Origin: Azolla caroliniana
Taxonomy: Eukaryota > Plantae > Polypodiophyta
DNA: 64,000 nt
Direction: 5' to 3'
Assembly: GCA_043228905.1 (NCBI GenBank)
Contig: JBHGNT010000016.1
Span: 7,316,001-7,380,000 of the forward strand
Part shown: positions 1-12,710 of the stretch, piece by piece
Layout: every line of letters starts with the position of its first letter
How positions within the stretch are numbered: position 1 is the stretch's first letter
Position numbers and translations under genes: made by a program
Notes under the pieces: generated by a model
The model's database searches: none
Seen by the model: the letters and a program-made list of their open reading frames with translations, nothing else
Told to the model about the DNA's origin: nothing

Positions 1-541
1 GACATACTGGTGAAATTTTAGGGTTTAGGGTTGTACTTGAGAAATTACCGTGTAATCAAAGTTTTCAACGTATTGCATGTATTGACCTGTACTGAAGCCC
101 TAAATGGTCTATATAGTATCACTTACTATAAACTGGTGAAATGCAAGAGGTTAATTTTTTTTTTTGAGGCCATCATCACGTAAAATGCCTAATAACAATG
201 CACCATTTTAAAGATCCTTTCTCTCAAAGTCAGGCTTAATTATATTTGGGACCCTTGTGATGGTCCAGAATTTAGAAAGTTCTGCTTAGAGTTTCTGGTA
301 ATAGCTGGCTCTTGTGAGGTGATTTCTGTTGTTGTGCTCTCCATAAACTTTCACACACATATGTTTTTACTATATATGAAAATGGAGTTGATACATTAGC
401 CAAGTGTGTGCCTTTCTTTTGTCTTGCATTTGCATAATTAAATCTGGCACTCTGGTTTGTAAGCCATGGTTTATGTGCAATCATGGTGGTTAAAATGAAA
501 TATTAACATGGTTTATGTGGTGGGTGGGTGTGATGCTGCAG

Positions 542-1390
542 AATGATGTGGAAGCAGGGGTTTTAAGGAAAGTACTTTTAGCCGATGGTGCTGTTGTAAC
601 AGTTGAAGGAGCCCGTGAAGTGAGCTTGGCCAAACCATTACAGTTACCACTCCCTTTACCTGGCATCTCAAATGATGGTGGCCTAGCTGCAAGTATTGTA
701 GCTCTTGCCGAACGTCTACGATATGCATCTCGTGCTGAAGAGAAACCTCTATTGTCTTTAAAGATCGTGGGTCCAACTTCTCTAATTGCATCTAGTGTGA
801 AGGAAGAGTCAGATACAAGTAGGAGCAAACTAAAAGTCAAGAGGTTGGCACCTGGGGCCGTGAAGCTAGTATCACCTCATCATGAGGAACGAGCACTTGT
901 GACCTCTATGAACTCTCTCCCTATACTAAACCAAGTGAACAGGGAATCTTGGCTATGGCCTTTGCCTTCACTGAATGGCTCTGATTCTAGATTGTTGAAC
1001 TTGGAGAAGATATTGATGTCTGCATTAGGCTCTGATGCACACAAGAAGGGGTCTTTCAAGCTCTTAAGAGCTAAAGTGGCGGCAGCAACATTCGTGAGGG
1101 TTGAGTTCCAGTTGGAGAAGAAGCTCTCCGATGAGAGCTTTTCTCCGGAGGATTGGCCAGAGTGGAGAACTAGGCCCTCGGTTTCGAGGTTGCAATTTGA
1201 GCTCTTTGTGAAGGTTGAAGGCCAACAACTCCTGCCAGTAAGGATACAGGAAATTGAGACATACCCGAATGTGGACTCTATGACTTGGAGAGTAGCAATG
1301 GGTAATGTTACTCGCAGCAAGATTCCTCGAGTTCTTTTACCACCAAGTTCAATGACACTGAACCCCACTTGGGATGGGCTCATGGGATAA
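542..1390 (+). CDS. TIN1: Terminal coding exon of a TUNICAMYCIN INDUCED 1 (TIN1)-like protein; upstream exons lie outside the window
   Basis: Acceptor tgctgcag at 534-541, in frame with ORF 515-1390. Peptide DVEAGVLRKVLLADGAVVTVEGAREVSL..LPLPL..LSLKIVGPTSL..KLKVKRLAPG..WPEWRTRP resembles the C-terminal part of plant TIN1 (recognised from memory, not searched). Confidence 0.8.
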   Translation, partial: NDVEAGVLRKVLLADGAVVTVEGAREVSLAKPLQLPLPLPGISNDGGLAASIVALAERLRYASRAEEKPLLSLKIVGPTSLIASSVKEESDTSRSKLKVKRLAPGAVKLVSPHHEERALVTSMNSLPILNQVNRESWLWPLPSLNGSDSRLLNLEKILMSALGSDAHKKGSFKLLRAKVAAATFVRVEFQLEKKLSDESFSPEDWPEWRTRPSVSRLQFELFVKVEGQQLLPVRIQEIETYPNVDSMTWRVAMGNVTRSKIPRVLLPPSSMTLNPTWDGLMG

Positions 1391-1879
1391 GTGTGCCATA
1401 TTTCATGCCTTACAAGAAAGATCTGGCTAAGCCATGTATGTATATATAGAAAAATGAAGCATCACTAACTCCATGCCGCGTATAGATACCGAGGGTTCTT
1501 TTTGAAGTTGCATGAAAGAAATATCTAAAATTTAGGAGGCTTGCCTAGTTTGTCATATAGAATGCCCCAATTCTTTAGACTTACGTGTGGTTTGGCTTCT
1601 TGTAAAACCGATTTGTTCTTAGACCTGATTTGTTGCACTCTTTCATGTAATTATGGAACCAAATCACTGTGTTGGCTAATTCTTGGTTCTATCAATTCTT
1701 TATCAAATCATGATGATGTGTCGACCAATGCTTAAATTTGAAGCTCTCTTTAGGCTTCAAAATCTGTTTTTGGGTGTCATATTGGGCTTGATACGTAGCT
1801 TGAAACAATTAACTTATTTATTACATGATTTATTGGTCATCACATTACATTTTAATAGCTGGACATGATCCCCAACAAA

Positions 1880-2560
1880 AGACATGGGTTTTTCTTATGA
1901 TGAATAAGGCAATAACAATTTGCAGTTGGGTGATTTGAGGAGTCCAATTTGTTGATCGTCATCATAAGCTTGTTTAACAATATTTTGCAGTATGATGTGC
2001 TTTGAGGTTTAACATCACATGATTTCTCAAAAATTGCCATGTTTGGATCGAAACACAATTGTAAAAGCATTACAATGATACATTAAATGAGTAATAAGCT
2101 CTAAAACACACCAAATGAAAAATGGCTTGCTTCTCAATTACAATGTGGCAAGCTCCAAGGCAATCATGTGAGGATTGCAACCATATTATCAATTTGATTG
2201 TCTCAAAACATTTGTAAAATCTTTGTCATTTCATTGTTGTCATTATTGAACCTACTCTCAAACAATATGTTTCATTTGGTTGATCAGGTTCTCAAGTCAT
2301 CCCCTTGCTTCCTCAATGATATGGGCTATTTAAGCAATTATATGCTCAAATTAATCCCCTTTCTTGACAATTTGTTACTTGAAAATTAAATAGTCAAATT
2401 ATTCCCCCACTTCTAGAATTGAGCATAGGTATTAGGTGGGAAATAACACTTTAGTGCTTTTAGTTTTTCACATCAAAAGCTATGTTCCCAAATGTCAAAT
2501 CATCTTTGGATATTGTGAAACAAATTGGCATTCCACGACCCTCGAAGGGAACCTTCCACA
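1880..2560 (-). pseudogene. Highly degenerate PPR-like relic (boundaries approximate)
   Basis: Visibly similar to 4140-4560 (e.g. aaaatggcttg..gtggc.aagctc). Minus-strand fragments such as QIVKKG and KALKC; no open frame. Confidence 0.3.
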
Positions 2561-2715
2561 TTATTAACGGTCTACTCAAATGTATTGGAAAGGTTTGTGT
2601 TCCAAATTTGTCTGAGGTCAAAACAAGAATTCATTTTGCACCTTGACTAAGGCATCTTGGAATACATCATGCAATCGTTATTATATCTACTCATTTCTTT
2701 TTCAGCCTGATATTA

Positions 2716-3718
2716 ATGACTAATGTGACTAAACGTCACCATTGTCAAGTTACTAGAACATACAATAAGCGGCAAAGATTTATTTTTCAAATTATTGGTG
2801 ATGTTTTAGTTAAATTTTACATTATGGAACTAGAAACTATCTTGATCACAAGCCCCATAGACCAACCTCAACCGAATGGATTGATCAAACAAGTGTTCAA
2901 ATTAATGAGGATATGCTTTGCATTTATAGGAATAATAGCTTCCTATTATGGAGTTCTCTATACACATGCATCAATTGGATATAGTCCTTTGATATTGATA
3001 TATTATTTTAGTTGGCAAAACACATCAAAACACATTTCCATCAAATAGTCATTGCAAGAGTACAAGTTACAACCTTTTAAAGTGGGGGGAGTATGTGACA
3101 AGCATAACCATAATTGATCATGAGATAAGTTTTTCGCAATTTTCCCAAATCTTATGATGAGTACATTCAAGTTAATTAAGAAAGGAACGAGGATATGAAT
3201 TGTAATATTAAATTCTATGGTGTGGAATAACTATTAAGTGTGTTATCACTTGACCAATTCACATAAAGTAATTGAGTGTGAACACACTAAGGCCTAGGGT
3301 TTCTTCCTATATAAAAAGGCTAACTACCTTCTTATCAAGGGGGGCTTAACCATAATTGATCATGAGATAAGTTTTTCGCAATTTTCCCAAATCTTATGAT
3401 GAGTACATTCAAGTTAATTAAGAAAGGAACGAGGATATGAATTGTAATATTAAATTCTATGGTGTGGAATAACTATTAAGTGTGTTATCACTTGACCAAT
3501 TCACATAAAGTAATTGAGTGTGAACACACTAAGGCCTAGGGTTTCTTCCTATATAAAAAGGCTAACTACCTTCTTATCAAGGGGGGCTTGACTTGTTTTG
3601 TGACTGACAATGTGGCTATGACTCTTGTTAGTTAAGCACGTGCGATCCTCGCAAAACCCAAGGTACAACACCCATCAACACTCGATAGGACATCAAGGAG
3701 GTTTGGGTCCGTCTCACA
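2716..3718 (+). mobile_element. 3' remnant of a Ty3/gypsy element: decayed integrase, PPT and 3' LTR (3094-3718)
   Basis: TSPIDQPQPNGLIKQV..HASIGYSPLILIY resembles the integrase motif SPYHPQxNGLxER..TGYSPF. Purine tract aaagtggggggagta is followed by TGTGA at 3094; TCACA ends at 3718. Confidence 0.55.
3105..3588. repeat. Tandem duplication, 2 x 242 bp, inside the relic LTR
   Basis: taaccataattgatcatgag...ggggggct at 3105-3346 and again at 3347-3588; the copies appear identical by eye. Confidence 0.9.
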
Positions 3719-3849
3719 TCGTTTTAAAGGGGTGGTTGGGTGGTTTGGCACCCTTTTCCTTTCTTTGTTCTATAATTCCTTATGTTTTGCTTAATTAATT
3801 AGACTCTAATAATAGGATTGCAAAGGTTGTTCAATTGAACTTCTAACCT

Positions 3850-4620
3850 TCCCCTTTTAAGTACTTCGGAATTGTTATAAAGGTTAATTTGACAAGCCAC
3901 ACAATCCTCCATTGAGCATGCTTCCAAACCAATACTTGTGCGAAGTGCTTGGTTCATACACGATTTAATCTTCATCCAAATACAAGTCCTTAACAAGTCA
4001 AATGCGATTACTTTGTGGCTTGTATATGAAAAACATATCATCATGAGTTGTGCAAACCAATCGCTTGCAATATGATGCGCTTTGACCTCTAATATAATGT
4101 AATTTCTCAAAACTTCTTGTTTTTGAATGAGAAAAATTGGTGACAACTGCAAAAGCACAAAATTCAGTAAATCAAAATGGCTTGGTTTTCCGTACTAGTG
4201 GCGAAGCTCTGATCACATTGGTACCATATATGTCCATCAAAACATATCAAAATATCTTTAAGCCTTCATCATTTGTCCGAATGCCATCATGCAATAACCT
4301 CTTGAGCAATTATGTGCCATTTAATTGTTTATGTTGTCAATCCATATCCTTTCTTCTCAATGATACATGTCATTTGAGTAATTATATGACCAACTTCATC
4401 CCTGTTCTCAACATTGTGTCATTTGAGCAATTAAATCGTCAATTCATACCCATGAACAACCACTTATGTTTCTAGATGTCAATATAATCTCTGAATATCA
4501 TAAAACCAATTGGCAGTTTCAAAGACTAGAGAAGTGGGTACTTGAAGATGTTTTTCAAGATACACCTGCACTTCCCTTTGCCTCAAAAGTACTTCCCATT
4601 TATACACTACAGACAACATC
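3850..4620 (-). pseudogene. Degenerate PLS-class PPR relic (boundaries approximate)
   Basis: Minus-strand fragments VVVHGYE, IIEKKGYGL and LMDIYG resemble PPR motifs; many stops and frameshifts. Confidence 0.35.
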
Positions 4621-4808
4621 AATCAAGGTTACACAACTAACAGTAAAATTCACAATACATGACTTCATTAAAAGGTTATGCAATAATTTCATATAAATAT
4701 ATAATTATGTACTAAAAATAAAAAAAAGAAGATTTCGAGTTCCTCTTTCTCATATTTCACATATATAGTCATGTTCTTATTACCATTGTTTGAAAAACAG
4801 AGTTTATA

Positions 4809-7800
4809 CTACAGTCTAGCTGCTACCCTACCCAATCTGTCAGGCACTCCTTCCAGTCCTCCATGTAACAGAGCTTCAGCTTCACTTTTAAACATCTCGT
4901 CCTGCACATCGCACATCAAGAATGAATTGAAAATTCTTCAAGCAATGAGCATTAGTCGTTCAATGCATTTAACACACGAAAATCAATCTCTAAACCATCT
5001 CTGTATGCATTTATTTCTTTTTACACGAGAAGCCGAAACATTTTGAGTCACACCTTTCTTCTATGCCTACACATATATATATTGAATGATCTGGCACTAC
5101 ATTAAAACAAGATAAATCAAAATTCTGGATGGGTATTTTCATACATAAATAGACAGTGAAGGGTTTTTGCACAATTGAACATGAGAACATTGATTCTACG
5201 GCTTCCTTCATAAATAAAATATGATATGGACATGGATCTGAAAATAACAGGCATGATGTAGTTCACAGTGGATTGGTTACCATTATATGGTGCCCAAATC
5301 TACACTCCGGAGGGTTTAATAATTTTGGATTAGTTTAGACATGGAACCCAGATGTGATCCAGGCATAGGCCATATTTCTACTCAACTTACAGGGAGGATC
5401 CAAAACAATTCTCTAAGTACGATCTGCAGGCCAAATCTGAATGATGCCGCATTGACTGTGATTCAACCCATAGACTAAATATAAAATCCTTGAAGATACA
5501 ATAGCATCAGACTAAGAGATACATCCGAAGATTCAGTTATAGTGAGCTGCTATCTATCAGAGAACATCAGCATGTATCTGCTCAAAAAAATTAGTATCAG
5601 AATCTTCACCCAAACAAGGTATTCAAGTGGCATGGGGAGTATCAAAAATTATCAGAAAAAGGACAACTACAATCCAGACCAGGGGGGAAATCTTTATGAG
5701 TTGGAAGTCAGTTGGGGCTTAGCTTTAAAATTACCAGAGTAGCTAAGAATAATTTCAACAGCCTAGTAGAAAGACCAACTATGTGGAAGGGAAATATTTA
5801 TGAGCTTTCCACAATGTTAATAGCATTGAACTTCTTGGAAGAATAATAAAACAATGATGAAACGAATATTCAAACAGAGAAGAAACAATCATAAAAGAAC
5901 AAGACTGAAACAAATTACACTGTCCCTGGTGACAGCTTTTGCCTTGATGTCCTGAAGCCAATGTAGGGAACCAGCCATTGCTCTACGTAATCTAAGTATT
6001 TTATTACAAATCCTTTGGGATTTGAGTTTATGTATCAAGGCACTGAGACTGGATTCAATATGAGCACCCCTTACTATATAGACATTGATGGCACCTCAAA
6101 CCATTAATTGACACCAGTTCTTCTTTGAATGATGAAGTTAACTTATTAGAGTTTTGCAAGGCTTTCATTCATTGGAGGTAGGGAAGAGCTGGCGACCATG
6201 TGATGCATCACTTCAATTTTGCTCTTATGGTGAGGGGTAATAGCGCAATCATCACAAAAATGGCATGGTCCATTATCTAGACTTAAGTGCATGGAGTGTT
6301 CATTTATAACCATGCTATAGCTTTCATTTGCTTCATACAGTAGCTCATCTTTATACTTTAAAAGATAGTTTGGAATTTTCCACAATCCATTTTATTTTTT
6401 CTGCCATTGCAATATATTTTAGCTGCATCTAAATATTGAACAGTTTTTCTCCAAAACCAAAGTGAATACCTTCAAAGCTTTATAGACACCACGATCAAAA
6501 TCTTTGGCAGCCAACTCAGATGCTGTGAAGCCAACAATATTGCTATTATTTATAAAAAATCCAAGCCAAGACTGATGAAGTAAAAGAGAATACAATACAG
6601 AAATTATTCCATAACATTACCATGTCTTTGTTTAAATTAGTAGATACATCTCAAGGCTAAAGAAAAATATACCTTTACCCAAGGCCACTTCTAAAGTGGA
6701 GGATACATCAGGTAATGCCTTGTTTACAACACCAGCAGCAGCAGCAGATTGTCCAACATATCGGTGACTGATCAAAATTAACTTTTATTTTATTGGTTTA
6801 AAACCCAGCTCTTTTTAGGTAAATATTGTATAGGAAAGGAAGTGCTCACCCTGATAACACAGCTTCATGATAGGTCTGCACAGGTAGCTTGCTTTTAATA
6901 ATGGCATTCATGCCACTTGTTAAAGGAAGCTTGATCTCCACCTTCATAAAGGGTTTAAAAACAAGAATTAGTAGGAACATACATGAAATAGTTAGTAGCA
7001 TTCAGAAGATTACAAATTCATTGCTTTAAACATATTGGCAGATTGTTTCATCAACAAGACAATGTCGTTTGCACTAAGGGTTTGTGAATGCAGATACTTT
7101 TAGTGATTCCAACGGACACCCTCATCAGTATCATCGAAAGAAAGGAAACAAAGAATGTGGTGATCTCCAATCTCCAACTGAAACAAGGATAGTGCCGTTG
7201 TCAGGCACTTGGTTCGTATTATGATCACATGATAAATGATCAGCAATTATTTATGAATATTAAAGAAAATAATGGATTATATTCACACCAAACACCCAAG
7301 AAAAAGACATGAGATGAATATAAAACTGCATCAGTGTTCCACACCACCAAATATAGCATTGCATTATACCTCAGGATCAATCAGACTCCCAATCTGAAAA
7401 CAAGAGCTTTACTTTACAAACAGAATCCACTACAACATCTCTTTATACTGAAATGTGGAACTCCTTTTATACGGTTGAACGGAGTTCCCTTTACATAATT
7501 GAAATACTTAGGCTCCCCTAACACTATGCGTTGCCACGTTTCCCAGATCATTCCACGCAAGTCATAGGACTAGCAACCCCCTTCTACGCAACATCTCAGA
7601 GCCGTAAAGACTACTGGTCAGACAAAGCTCTCCATTTCCCATCTGTAGTCTGTCTGAACTTCCGAAGTATAATACAAGGATATATTCAGTGGTACAAGAC
7701 GCCACTGGGGTTTTATACCCATATCCTGACCTTTGCTTGGGGATTGTTCGTGTGAACGAGCACCTTTAATCCATTCTTTTCTTTAACCTTTATAACTAAT

Positions 7801-10800
7801 TGCTTATCATTAGTATGTGATCATAATATTTGGTATCAGAGAAAATATTATGACTATGTTAACAAGAGCATATTATTCTTTGAGAAAGAATACTGAGATT
7901 TTCAACTCCTTTGGTTTTTGGAACAATTAATAAGGTGATCCTTTTTTAAATCCAGGAATCAAAGCAAAAGATCTTGACATTCTCTTCTTAAGTATGTATT
8001 TGTCAGTACCTAATCGCAAAAGTTTTGGTGTATGGAAAAACGATTGAAACCTAATTGGTCAATATCAAGCATTTTATCAATTTTTTTAACTTTGATTCAG
8101 AGTTATATAAAAGGAGTAGATAGTCCCCCTTTATATAGCCAAACTCCTTAGGCTCCCGAACCATGGCAATGTATCCCAAATCTTTATGGGTTGGATCAAG
8201 TCATAGGATAACCAATTCCCCACTTATCCTACCCATATATCCAATAAATTTAGCCTTTAAAATTTGGTTCTTAATGGTATGCCCACAACAATTCCAGCCC
8301 GTCATATCTTCATCTCCACCAAAAGGTTACCCTCCATTCGTACTTTAGCTGATTAGTGAGTACAAGTGATGTGATGTAATGAGTCATACAAGAAACAGTT
8401 TCAATAGTTTGTATTCATTGAACCAGGGAGAGTGACAGATTGATTCAAGTTTTTTCTTTTTTGAAACAGCTTGATTCAATTTTGTTCTGTCTTGTTGGAA
8501 CTGTTGGTTTTAATGGGCAGCCTCGCAAGTGAAATAACAATGGTCATGCAGGTGCTACTACAATGGGATGAGCTGGTGGTAGGTTTCATGTTAAGTCAAT
8601 GTTCACTTTGGAAGACTAAAATTATAAGACATCTTTTTCTATTTCTGCTATTTTTCTAGTTTTAACTGTGACCATGTACAAACTGGAATTACTCCTTTGC
8701 TACTAATTTTCTATAATTAGAGACAATAAAGAGGATTTGTTTCCTTCAAAGTGGCGCTAATATGTTTATGCCTAATAAATTAGTATTAATTTAAAGGGAT
8801 CATGGAGCAAAGATGAAATATATAAGTGAATTTTCAGTATGAGGGTCTTTTTTATAAGCGACGAAATTCTCCAGTAGTATATATTCAAACACAACTATGT
8901 TCTCTTAAATAAACAGCAGAATCATAGTTCATTTGAACAAGGTGAGCTATGCAGTCATGTGCGTTTACCTAGATTTAAAATACAGCAAATTGCAAATAAA
9001 GGAAAAAGGTCTCTAGTGTTAAATTAAGATCTTGTTAGTACTAAAGAAGATGTTGATCAGATCACGACATGTGATTATTATTTTTATCACCATCCTTCAA
9101 CGCAATGCAAATGGTTCATGAGTTCCGATAGATGTTTATTCATTAAAAACGTGCAACCATACACTCCGTGTACTTTATGGCAACCTTATGGTCCTGTGAC
9201 TGTTAGAAAGTCAATGAATACAGTGTTGAATGGGAATAAATATCCTTGATCATGATCCTTGCAAAACAAGGGTACTAGAAATAGGAAAAATAATTGAATT
9301 GTGGCAGTTCGGAATGGACATAAATTGTGACTGCCACAAGGGATATTTGTTGCAGTTTCTGAAACAGATGGCACAAATGTCTTGATGTGATTAAATTTAA
9401 ATACAGAACCAAAAGTTGGAACATATCCTCGTTTATTTCAATTCAGAAATATGAATAAGAGTAAGTTAGAGAAAATTGAATACGGAACCAATACTTTCAT
9501 ATAAATTACTTGAAAACTAGATAGGGCACACAAAGACACGTGGATTCAAGAGAAGTCTCCATATTCTAATGTTACATAATCATTGTGTTCAAATTTTATC
9601 ACAAGCAGACATTTTTACTGGCCAAAGACCAACATACTTTAACAAGAAATATCCCTTGAAGTAGTGGTTTTCATAAATATTTCACTAATTTTGCTATTTT
9701 TAGTACTCGTCCCCCAAGGATCATGAATCAAATTTTTTTATTTAAAGTTCATAACATTTGGAGAATCATCTCCTTTTATCAAAGTATGTAGGCTCAAAGA
9801 TTCAGAATCTTGTGGTCCATGCTTCTCGGGATTTGGAGGGTACACAAGTTTGCACTTTCAATCTATCCACTTCAGTGGACACATTATATTTTCTAAAATA
9901 AGGTAATCAATATAATAATCTCATGTTACCTACATCACATTTATAAATGATAAAACCTCACCTAACACAAATTAAAAACACATTCTAAGTAAATAAATTA
10001 ACTCAAATTTGAGAGCATACTGACTACTCTTTATCAAAAACTTGATGCAATTGCAAGACCTTAAGAATAAAAGAAACGACCTTAGGGGAAGTGCTTCTGC
10101 TTGCAAGCATATTTCTTCCATTTTTTTTTGTGTTTCTTATGTTTCGTTTTAGTTTCGGTAAACTGACCACGATACATCCTAAAGTTCCAGCTATGAGCAT
10201 CAGAAATCCTTCATGTACCCAACACTAACATAAGTCCTAATTGAGTATGTGCCTGAGTGATCTCTAGGAAACTCTCCACTACAAAGCTTATTATTAACTA
10301 ATTCAGAGCTAAAATACAGCATTAAGACACTAAACCATGTGTAATAAATCGAAATCTTGTGATATATTACAGGCAACAAATTGAACCCGCACCTCATTTA
10401 AGAAAATAAAGCCCCTGTCACTTCGCATATATCGATAATCATGTGCAAGTGCTATCATGCATCCTCCAGCAGTTGCATGCCCACTGCACAACATGCAAAT
10501 GAAAATCCCCATATATTGGTTAATAAGGCCAATTATAGTCCATCTGAAAGGTCTCATAATTTGTTTTCGAAATTTAACTTTAGAACCAGCTTGAATAACT
10601 TTTGGAGGAAAATGTTTTAATATTTGACTAAGCACGCTTTTCCTTTTTTTTTTCTTCCATTGTTAAATCACGCAATCAGCATCCTCTTTTTCCATATCTA
10701 TTCACACTGCCATCCATCTACCTCTTGCTTCAAGCAATGCCTTTAGGTAGAGCATAATTGGAAACTATTTTCTGAGTGTTAGGAAGATGTGCACTAGTTT

Positions 10801-11797
10801 AATGATATGACATCAGAATAAGTTTCGAGAACATACCAAATTGCTGCAACTGTAGGGATTGGGAAGCAGAGGATTCTTTGCAGTAGTTTGTGGAAAAGAA
10901 CAATAAGTAACTGTGATAATAGAATATGACCCGAACCAAGACAAACTGAGTCAGACTGCAAACCAAAGGACAAAACTTAACTACACGCTAAGTCAGCATC
11001 GACAATATTCTTACGACATGGTTATCTGGGTTGTTTTTAAGATATTGAAGATCAAGCCCGTTGGAAAAGAACTTTCCCTGCCAAATTAAAAGCATTTACT
11101 ACAACCAATGAATATATGTAAATGTTTGGAAAAGCAAACCTTCAGAAGTAGATCATAAGTCACAATGCTTTCAGCTAAATAAGATTTTACTTGAAAGACG
11201 CAATATCAGCTAACTCAGAGTTTACTTGAGAGAAACAATATCCACATATCAAAACAGTCACAAGTATATGATTTATATTTGTGATTACAGCATTTTCTCC
11301 TCAGAAATAAACGTATAAGAAGATGTCACAAATGTTTAAATACCATCCAATAATACTAGAGCTTAATCTGCTATATCATTTCGATCATTCATAACAGTTA
11401 AGTTCCTTAAATTAGAACCTCATTAGTGGTGAGCAGGGCCGATGCACTTGAGTCCTTCTCAACCTGCATCATGCAATCAATTACACGACATTGATAAGGA
11501 TATTGGGCATAAAAAAAATAGAGTGGAGCAATGAATACCTCATCCAGCGCCTTGTTGAATTCAGCAATGCTATCCGGGTTAAGCCTGGATTCAATGATCA
11601 AAATTAATTCCAGATTCAGAAGGAAAATCCTTATGCATTTACAGAGAGAACAGCTTTGGGTCGACAGAAATGACCTCTTTTTTCTGTTCAAGTTAACGCC
11701 CCACTCCTTACCTGTGCTCATCGTTTCCGGAGAGGAGAAGCTTGAAGACGCAACGACCGCCTTTGGGGAGGGGGATCTTCTGCAGGACGATCGCCAT
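4809..11797 (-). CDS. ECI: Peroxisomal delta3,delta2-enoyl-CoA isomerase (ECI/IBR10 family, crotonase fold), 10 exons, ~245 aa
   Basis: Exons with GT-AG borders: 11797-11712, 11584-11539, 11463-11419, 11077-11015, 10910-10837, 10483-10393, 6941-6850, 6767-6673, 6522-6470, 4901-4809 (738 nt, in frame). Protein MAIVLQK..LSGNDEHRLNP..TTNEGKFFSNGLDL..PIPTVAAICGHATAGGCMIALAHDYRYMRSDRGFIFLNEVEI..VAARL*. The C-terminal ARL is a PTS1 signal. Confidence 0.92.
7480..8350. mobile_element. Old LTR-retrotransposon relics inside ECI intron 6
   Basis: Diverged direct repeats (ttaggctccc...caagtcatagga) at ~7505-7570 and ~8145-8210; tRNA-iMet PBS-like tggtatcagag at 7831-7841. Confidence 0.35.
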
Positions 11798-11840
11798 CGC
11801 TGGGGCGTTGGCTGCAGGGGAGCAGAGCCCGTCTATTCTC

Positions 11841-11873
11841 CTTCTTCTTCTTCTTCTTCTTCTTCTTCTTCTT
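11841..11873. repeat. (CTT)11 microsatellite just upstream of the ECI start codon (probable 5' UTR)
   Basis: Read directly from the sequence. Confidence 0.9.
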
Positions 11874-11949
11874 CTGTTTCATGTTCATTTTGGGCCAAAA
11901 AGCTGAAAAGAAATGCGGCATGAATTTCGTCTCTGAAAATTTGTCGGCA

Positions 11950-12710
11950 CTTTCTTCCGTAGTTTTTCCAAAATTCCCAAATACTACCCCCCCCCCTCTC
12001 CCGACGCCCGTATTTCCACCGTCGTATTTCCTCCGTATTTTCCACAATACCCCCGGTATTTTCCAATACTCCCAACAATACCCCCACAGTTCGCACGAAA
12101 ATACGTACGTACTCGAACTCCTGTATCTCCGATATTTTCCCGAAATACGTAAAATTGTCAAGAAATACGTACTCGAAACTCTTGTATTTCCAAGAATTCC
12201 GAAATATACCCACGGTACTTTCCGAAAACTCCCCAGAATACCTCCGGTATGTTCCAAAATTCCCAAAAATACCCCCTGTATTTTTCCAAAACTCCCAAAA
12301 AAATACCCCCCACAATTCGCAAGAAATATGTACTTGAACAGCATAGTACGTAAAATTCGTGTTCGTCTAGCATAACATTCGTCTAGCGAATGTTATTCAA
12401 ACATTCTTGTGTGTTTTTATTGTTTGTTTTTTTCCCATTTTGTTTTTGTTTTTTTTCCTATTTTTTAGGCTTATTTACATCGTAATAAATAGTTAATCCA
12501 AACGAATGCGAATGAACATATGCTACATATGTTTCATACAATGCGAATGAAGTTGAACTCCTGTATTTCCAAACATTCCGAAAATACCCCCCCTGTATTT
12601 TCCGAAATACCTCCGGTATTTTCCAAAATTCCGAAAAATACCCCCGTACTTTCAAAATACCCCCCCCTCCACTCTCTGTATTTACCTCGTATTTTCAAAC
12701 CTCCTGAAAA
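11950..12710. repeat. Degenerate minisatellite of AAATAC-N(4-8)-GTATTT inverted-repeat units, in two blocks upstream of ECI
   Basis: Recurrent aaatacccccc..gtattttccaaaattcc motifs at ~11960-12330 and ~12555-12700; hairpin taacattcg-tctag-cgaatgtta at 12373-12395. Confidence 0.6.

Noticed and set aside
16-32. Telomere-like TTTAGGG repeats (also in LTRs at ~18490 and ~27550)
   Set aside because: Only 2-3 units; at most telo-box-like, not an interstitial telomere array.
11407-11721. ORF-track start MSTGKEW as the ECI N-terminus
   Set aside because: It reads through introns; the spliced model starting at 11797 restores the conserved DEHRLNP motif.
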